From positions 1,728,001 through 1,792,000 of the forward strand of contig CAWCMR010000025.1 in assembly GCA_963796685.1 (NCBI GenBank): a stretch of DNA of 64,000 nt, written 5' to 3'. Shown here piece after piece: positions 59,525-64,000 of the stretch; the first letter of the stretch is position 1; each line of letters begins with the position of its first letter. This stretch comes from an uncultured delta proteobacterium (GTDB lineage: Bacteria > Myxococcota_A > Polyangia > Fen-1088). The notes under the pieces are model-generated. The model worked only from the letters and a program-made list of their open reading frames with translations. It was not told the DNA's origin and did not search any database. A program made the position numbers and the translations under genes.

Positions 59525-59551
59525 GTTTATATATAGACGTCTATATGTCAA
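59525..59551 (-). promoter_or_regulatory. Promoter of ATPase copy 4 with perfect 16-bp palindrome
   Basis: Minus strand TTGACA-16-TAAACT-9-ATG; ATATAGACGTCTATAT at 59531-59546. Confidence 0.78.
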
Positions 59552-59575
59552 GTATGGTTACGAGCCTCGATGCCC

Positions 59576-60115
59576 CCAAGCCGCCCTTGCCGCCCATCCT
59601 CGGCCGCGATGGCATGGGAACCGTGGTCGAGGTCGGCCCAGGTGTTGCGGGAATCGCCGTGGGTGTCCGGCGCATCGTCTCGGCGCCAACACCAATGCCG
59701 AAAGCCCTACCGGCTTGCAGGAAGTGCTCTCGCTGCTCGCGCGCGCGAACGCTTGTCGACAGCGTCCTTCCCTTCGATGAGCTGCGGGAGGCCTTCGCCC
59801 GCCTGGCCGCCGGCCCCATGGGCAAGGTGGTGGTCAAGGTCGATTCGGCAGCCGGGCGGTAGGTCGGCAGGCCCAGGTCGTCAGCCGATCGCCGCGTCGA
59901 GCTCCGCCAGAAGGTGCTGTCAGGGCAGGACCTCCACACCGTCGACGATGCGGGGCACACTGAAGCATCCTGTGGTCAAAGTGCGCGGCATCTTAACCGG
60001 ACGCTCACACGATGCGCGAACTTTCCCAACCCTTTCGCAAGCGCTCCAACCAGACAGGCCGATCACCGACCGTGGTCGGAATGGTCTCTATATGGACGTC
60101 TATGTGACCAGGTTG
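59576..60115. pseudogene. Decayed duplicate of the oxidoreductase plus ATPase locus
   Basis: 59576-59688 resembles about 57459-57562; 59689-59919 resembles about 58110-58357; 60007-60115 resembles about 59450-59558; substitutions, indels and large internal deletions. Confidence 0.85.
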
Positions 60116-60416
60116 GGTTACGGCGGCGTTGTTGGTCTTCTTGCAGCCGTGCTGCTTGGCCAGCTGGTTATGCCATGCCCGCAGCGTCTCGAGGTGCGTG
60201 GCATCCAGCTCCAGCCGCTCGGGTCCGCTCTTCGGCCGCATGGGGCCGCCGTAGCCCGTGCAGCGCTAGCCTGCAAGGGCCGCGCGCATCATATCCACGC
60301 GGCCCTTCAGGCGTTCGGGCGACGAGAACAAAACGCTTGCCACGGAGCCAGCACGCCCTCAAGATCGGCTGCCATGTTGCCCGTCGAGCTTACGAAGAAA
60401 TGAAAGGAAAAGAGCG

Positions 60417-61232
60417 ATGCCGAGGCACAGATGGTTTGGGGTCCTCCTAGTGTTGCCCTTGTTGCTGGTGGCAACAACCAGCAGCGCATCGAGCTCCCGC
60501 CAGGCCAAGGAACGAGCGGCTCGGAAGGCTTGCCTGAACGGCGACTACGCCAAGGGAGTTTCGCTGCTGTCAGATCTGTTCCTCGACACCAGGGATCCGA
60601 CCTACATTTTCAACCAAGGCCGTTGCTTCGAGCAGAACCGGCGTTATGAAGACGCCGTCGCCCGCTTCGAGGAGTACCTGCGCGCGGCGGACAACCCAAG
60701 GCTAGACGAGGCTGATAAGGCTGCCGCCGAGAAGCACATTGCGGACTGCAAAGAGATCCTGGCCCAGCAGTCGGGCAAGGCCCTGGCGCCTGTCGCGTCT
60801 CCGCCGGTAGCACCGCCTCCGGTTGCTCTCACTCCCTCTCCCCCTGCCCAGCCAGATTCCTCCACGGCTATAGTCATCGCGCAGTCGTCCCCACAGCGTT
60901 CCGATGGCGCAAGGTGGCGGACCGCGGGAATCATCACTGCCTCGGCAGGGGCTGCGGCGCTGATCGCAGGCGTGGCTTTGAACCTAAAGGTCAACAGCAT
61001 GGCAAGCGACATGGAACTGCCGGGAAACTACTCCGCCGGGAGGGAATCTGATCGCAAGACCTATGAAACCATGGGCTGGGTCAGCTACGGAGTGGGGGCT
61101 GTGGGCGTCCTAACCGGCTCTGTCTTGTATGTCATGGGGCGGAGCGCCCGGCCCAGCCCGCCGACGCCGTTGGCCATCGTTCCGGAGCTGGGACCGGGAC
61201 ACGCTGGCGCCGTTCTTGAAGGAGCTTTCTGA
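60417..61232 (+). CDS. Secreted TPR protein with two hydrophobic helices and C-terminal GxF strand, copy 2
   Basis: ERAARKACLNGDYAKG..DPTYIFNQGRCFEQ..AVARFEEYL..KHIADC; ends AVLEGAF; clear paralog of 28443..29282. Confidence 0.85.
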   Translation: MPRHRWFGVLLVLPLLLVATTSSASSSRQAKERAARKACLNGDYAKGVSLLSDLFLDTRDPTYIFNQGRCFEQNRRYEDAVARFEEYLRAADNPRLDEADKAAAEKHIADCKEILAQQSGKALAPVASPPVAPPPVALTPSPPAQPDSSTAIVIAQSSPQRSDGARWRTAGIITASAGAAALIAGVALNLKVNSMASDMELPGNYSAGRESDRKTYETMGWVSYGVGAVGVLTGSVLYVMGRSARPSPPTPLAIVPELGPGHAGAVLEGAF

Positions 61233-63376
61233 TGAATCGCTCGTGCGCCTCTGGCGTGTCTCGGGGTTGCGGTGGCTACCTGATCACCATGTGCGCCTTG
61301 CTGGGTCTCGCCGCCTGTTTCCGCAGCCCGGATCTTTCAAAGATCATCTGCACGAGCAACGAAACCTGCCCTGCGGGCTACGCTTGCGAGCGCTTTGTGG
61401 GGAACCCCTCACAGGGAAAGTGCGTACGGCCTGCTTCCACCCAACCCGTCGATGCAATGGGTGCGGAGACCGGGGCTGTCGATCAGGTTGGGGCGGAAGA
61501 CGCAGCGACTATCACGATTGACCCCGGTCAAGTGGACGGAGGTGGCTCCAAGCCCGACAGTGCCCAGGAATCGCCACCTCAGGGCCAAGACGGGGCGACC
61601 GATTCATCTCTTGACGTACCTTTGCCACCTCCAGACCTATCGCTGCCCTCTCTTGACCTTGCATGCAGCCTTGGCGCGTTGAGATGCAATGGCCTGCAAC
61701 CTCAGACCTGCACCGTAGCAGGAACCTGGCAAGACCAGGGGACTGCCTGCCCCTACGTCTGCTCCGCTGCCACGGGTACCTGCACGGGCGCATGCGCTCC
61801 CGGGAGTAAACAGTGCAACGGGCTGCAACCGCAAATCTGTGACAGCGCGGGAGGCTGGCAGAACACGGGCGATGTGTGCGCCAGTGTCTGCAACAACACG
61901 ACCGGAAGCTGCACTGGCTCTTGCACGTCGGGCGCCAAGCAATGCAATGGCATGCAGCCGCAAACCTGCGACACGGCCGGGGTCTGGCAGAACGCGGGAA
62001 CACCGTGTCCCTTCGTCTGTGATGGTACCATCGGGTCCTGTACCGGCACCTGTGTGCCCGGGCAGAAGCAGTGCAGCGGCTCACAACCACAGCTTTGCAG
62101 CGCGAGCGGTGTCTGGCAGACCAACGGAGCCCCTTGCGCTGCCAGTGCGTGCAACGGAGGCGCATGCACAGGTTCCTGCACACCGAATTCTCTGCAATGT
62201 AACGGTCCTCAGCCGCAGGTCTGCGACGCGAGCGGCGTCTGGCAGAATAGCGGAGCCTCGTGTCAGTACGTCTGCAGCAGCGGCACGTGCACCGGTTCCT
62301 GTAGCCCCGGAAGCAAGCAGTGCAACCTCCTGCAGCCCCAGACCTGTGACACAACCGGAACCTGGCAGAATACTGGCACCGCCTGCCCCTACGTGTGTAG
62401 CGTGGGCGTCTGCACCGGGTCCTGTACACCGGGGAACAAGCAGTGCAACCTCCTGCAGCCCCAAACTTGTGACGCCACGGGTGCGTGGCAGAACACCGGA
62501 AGCGTGTGTTCCTATGTCTGCTCGGCCGGAACCTGTACGGGTTCCTGCATTCCTACTGACAAGCAATGCTCCGGGTTCCAGCCGCAGGTGTGCGACTCGA
62601 CGGGCACTTGGCAAAACAACGGCCTGGCGTGCAGCGGAAGCTGCCAGAACTGTTCTGCGGGCGCCTGCACAGTGGTCAGCGGGACGCCTCCGGCGGGGCA
62701 TTCATGCAGCGGCGCCAGCACCACTTGCGGCGGATACTGCAACGGTTCCAGTACCTCCTGCACATATCCGACTTCCAGCACCTCCTGCGGCTCGGTGACC
62801 TGTAACAGCGCCGGCGACACTGCTCAGCATTTGGCGTGCAATAGCGCAGGTAGCTGTTCGACCACCGTTTCGCAATTCTGCAACGGTTTCCCTTGCGTCG
62901 TCGGCTCCGGCGGCTGCGCAACAGTCTGTACCGCTGGAAGCATTAGCGGCTGCGCGCTCGGCTATCGGTGTTCTGGAGGCAATTCGTGCGTTGCGGCATC
63001 CGTGCCCTGTGGCAGTGCGGGGTCGTGCTCAACCGCGGGTGCTGGCGGCTGCTGTACCGTCGGCGGCTTCTCGTGCAAGGATAGCTTCTTGAGCTGTACG
63101 GGCGGGAACGACTACAGCTTCGCGCCTTGCAGGAGTTCGAGCCAGTGTTTTCCGTCCCAGAACTGCTGCGTGGTCGGCAACAATTTCGCCGCTAGTACCG
63201 GTGGTTGGACGATTGACTGTACCTATAGTGGTTGCGCCGGCGGCTCGTACAGCAGTGCCTACTATATGTGCGACCCCGCCCTCTCGTCCATGGACTGCCC
63301 GTCTGGCATGACCTGCCAGAGTGGGCTCCTCGCTATTTGGAATGGATTGAATTGGGAAATGCACAGGGAAGTCTGA
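61232..63376 (+). CDS. Cys-rich tandem-repeat lipoprotein, C-terminus replaced by IS sequence
   Basis: TGATG coupling; lipobox LAAC; eight Cys-rich repeats; the last 17 codons (GLLAIWNG...) come from the ISL3 end starting at 63324. Confidence 0.85.
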   Translation: MNRSCASGVSRGCGGYLITMCALLGLAACFRSPDLSKIICTSNETCPAGYACERFVGNPSQGKCVRPASTQPVDAMGAETGAVDQVGAEDAATITIDPGQVDGGGSKPDSAQESPPQGQDGATDSSLDVPLPPPDLSLPSLDLACSLGALRCNGLQPQTCTVAGTWQDQGTACPYVCSAATGTCTGACAPGSKQCNGLQPQICDSAGGWQNTGDVCASVCNNTTGSCTGSCTSGAKQCNGMQPQTCDTAGVWQNAGTPCPFVCDGTIGSCTGTCVPGQKQCSGSQPQLCSASGVWQTNGAPCAASACNGGACTGSCTPNSLQCNGPQPQVCDASGVWQNSGASCQYVCSSGTCTGSCSPGSKQCNLLQPQTCDTTGTWQNTGTACPYVCSVGVCTGSCTPGNKQCNLLQPQTCDATGAWQNTGSVCSYVCSAGTCTGSCIPTDKQCSGFQPQVCDSTGTWQNNGLACSGSCQNCSAGACTVVSGTPPAGHSCSGASTTCGGYCNGSSTSCTYPTSSTSCGSVTCNSAGDTAQHLACNSAGSCSTTVSQFCNGFPCVVGSGGCATVCTAGSISGCALGYRCSGGNSCVAASVPCGSAGSCSTAGAGGCCTVGGFSCKDSFLSCTGGNDYSFAPCRSSSQCFPSQNCCVVGNNFAASTGGWTIDCTYSGCAGGSYSSAYYMCDPALSSMDCPSGMTCQSGLLAIWNGLNWEMHREV
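61664..62670 (+). repeat. Eight intragenic repeats of about 41-43 aa with six Cys
   Basis: Consensus CxPGxKQCNGxQPQxCDxxGxWQNxGxxCxYVCSxGxCTGS. Confidence 0.92.
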
Positions 63377-63489
63377 AGTCCAGTTTTGACAGCAGCAGAT
63401 AAATCAGGCTCCTCGCTATTTGGAATGGATTGAATTGGGAAATGCACAGGGAAGTCTGAAGTCCAGTTTTGACAGCAGCAGATAAATCA
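63324..63489. repeat. Exact 83-bp tandem duplication of the ISL3 right end
   Basis: GGCTCCTCGCTATTTGG...GCAGATAAATCA at 63324-63406 and again at 63407-63489. Confidence 0.93.
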
Positions 63490-64000
63490 CAGTCTTCATT
63501 TTGCGCGCGGAGCGAAAGCCACGCGCCCGCGCCTTGGCCGCCTGGATGAGGCTGTTGAGTCCTTCCAAGAGACCATTCGTCAGGCCTGACATGAACCATC
63601 TCATCACGCCTGCCTGGTGCGCCTTGAGGGTCTTGGCGGCCCTGATGACGGGTTCCAATCGGCTATGGGTGGCCCAGAAATACCAGCGCTGAAACCACGC
63701 CTCCGCTTCATCCGCACTCAGGCTATACAACTCCTGTAGCATGAGCTTGATGTGGTAGGCCCGCGCAGTGGCCAATTTGGAGGAGCGCAAGACCGCGAAG
63801 TGCTCCCTGTTCTCGGATTTGATGTTGGCCTCGTTCCTCAGCCAGTCGTGGCGCGTGCCCTTCAACTCCGGAGAGGACTTCTGCTCCTGCCTTCGCACCT
63901 CATCGATTGCGTCGTTCATGAGTTGGATGACATGGAACCTGTCGAAGGTTAGGTGCGCCGCCGGAAACGTCTCCAAGATGCCCTTGATGAATGCCTGCGA
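63407..64000 (-). mobile_element. ISL3-family insertion sequence (runs off the window)
   Basis: End begins GGCTC as is typical of ISL3; transposase stop lies within the terminal repeat region. Confidence 0.88.
63416..64000 (-). CDS. ISL3-family transposase, C-terminal part
   Basis: SQAFIKG..FP.A..TFDRFHV..AIDEVRR, W..WATHSRLEP, TNGLLEGLNSLIQ..K.RARGFRS; frame open to the window end. Confidence 0.93.
   Translation of the reverse strand, partial: SQAFIKGILETFPAAHLTFDRFHVIQLMNDAIDEVRRQEQKSSPELKGTRHDWLRNEANIKSENREHFAVLRSSKLATARAYHIKLMLQELYSLSADEAEAWFQRWYFWATHSRLEPVIRAAKTLKAHQAGVMRWFMSGLTNGLLEGLNSLIQAAKARARGFRSARKMKTVIYLLLSKLDFRLPCAFPNSIHSK

Noticed and set aside
60118-60335. Gene-like minus-strand fragment with an in-frame TAG
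   Set aside because: No start, no recognisable family, and too short to call.
61232-63376. TraA kin-recognition receptor
   Set aside because: It has a lipobox rather than a visible MYXO-CTERM, no PA14-like domain and no OmpA-type traB partner, although the true C-terminus is lost to the IS.
63324-63489. 83-bp direct repeat as a mini-CRISPR or att site
   Set aside because: No spacer, and the unit is the ISL3 terminus including the transposase 3' end.

Overview
GC-rich chromosomal window. The many lipoproteins with Gly/Ser or Asp-Ala-Gly tethers and Cys-rich repeats suggest a myxobacterium (Myxococcota, Polyangia-like); this is inferred from protein style only. Contents in order: (1) HEAT-repeat and Hsp70-like genes; (2) an orphan T6SS-type spike/effector cassette (DUF6484, DUF2169, thiolase-like, DUF4150/PAAR-like, VasX-like effector, membrane immunity candidate) with no vgrG; (3) a cellulose/beta-glucan locus of tethered lipoproteins (GH5, GH3, CBM-GH8, split CBM) around an unclassified outer-membrane beta-barrel, followed by a GH12 with Tyr in place of the nucleophile Glu, fba and a plant-like expansin; (4) vapBC, PMT/GT2/GT-C glycosylation genes, a CxxCxxCC-3xPAS protein with no output domain, a YqjDE/YtxH-like cluster, cupredoxin plus CHRD, a HelD-like helicase, a histidine kinase, aguBA and metabolic enzymes; (5) two copies of a TPR-hairpin-GxF plus Cys-rich lipoprotein module; (6) four AAA_14-wHTH-DUF4143 ATPase/nuclease genes, three with a distinct palindrome on a leaderless-type promoter, plus several decayed fragments of the family; (7) an ISL3 element with a duplicated 83-bp end at the right edge. 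About seven single-indel frameshifts, mostly in short base runs, look like long-read errors. No rRNA, tRNA or CRISPR array was seen. All family calls are by-eye motif recognition, not database searches.
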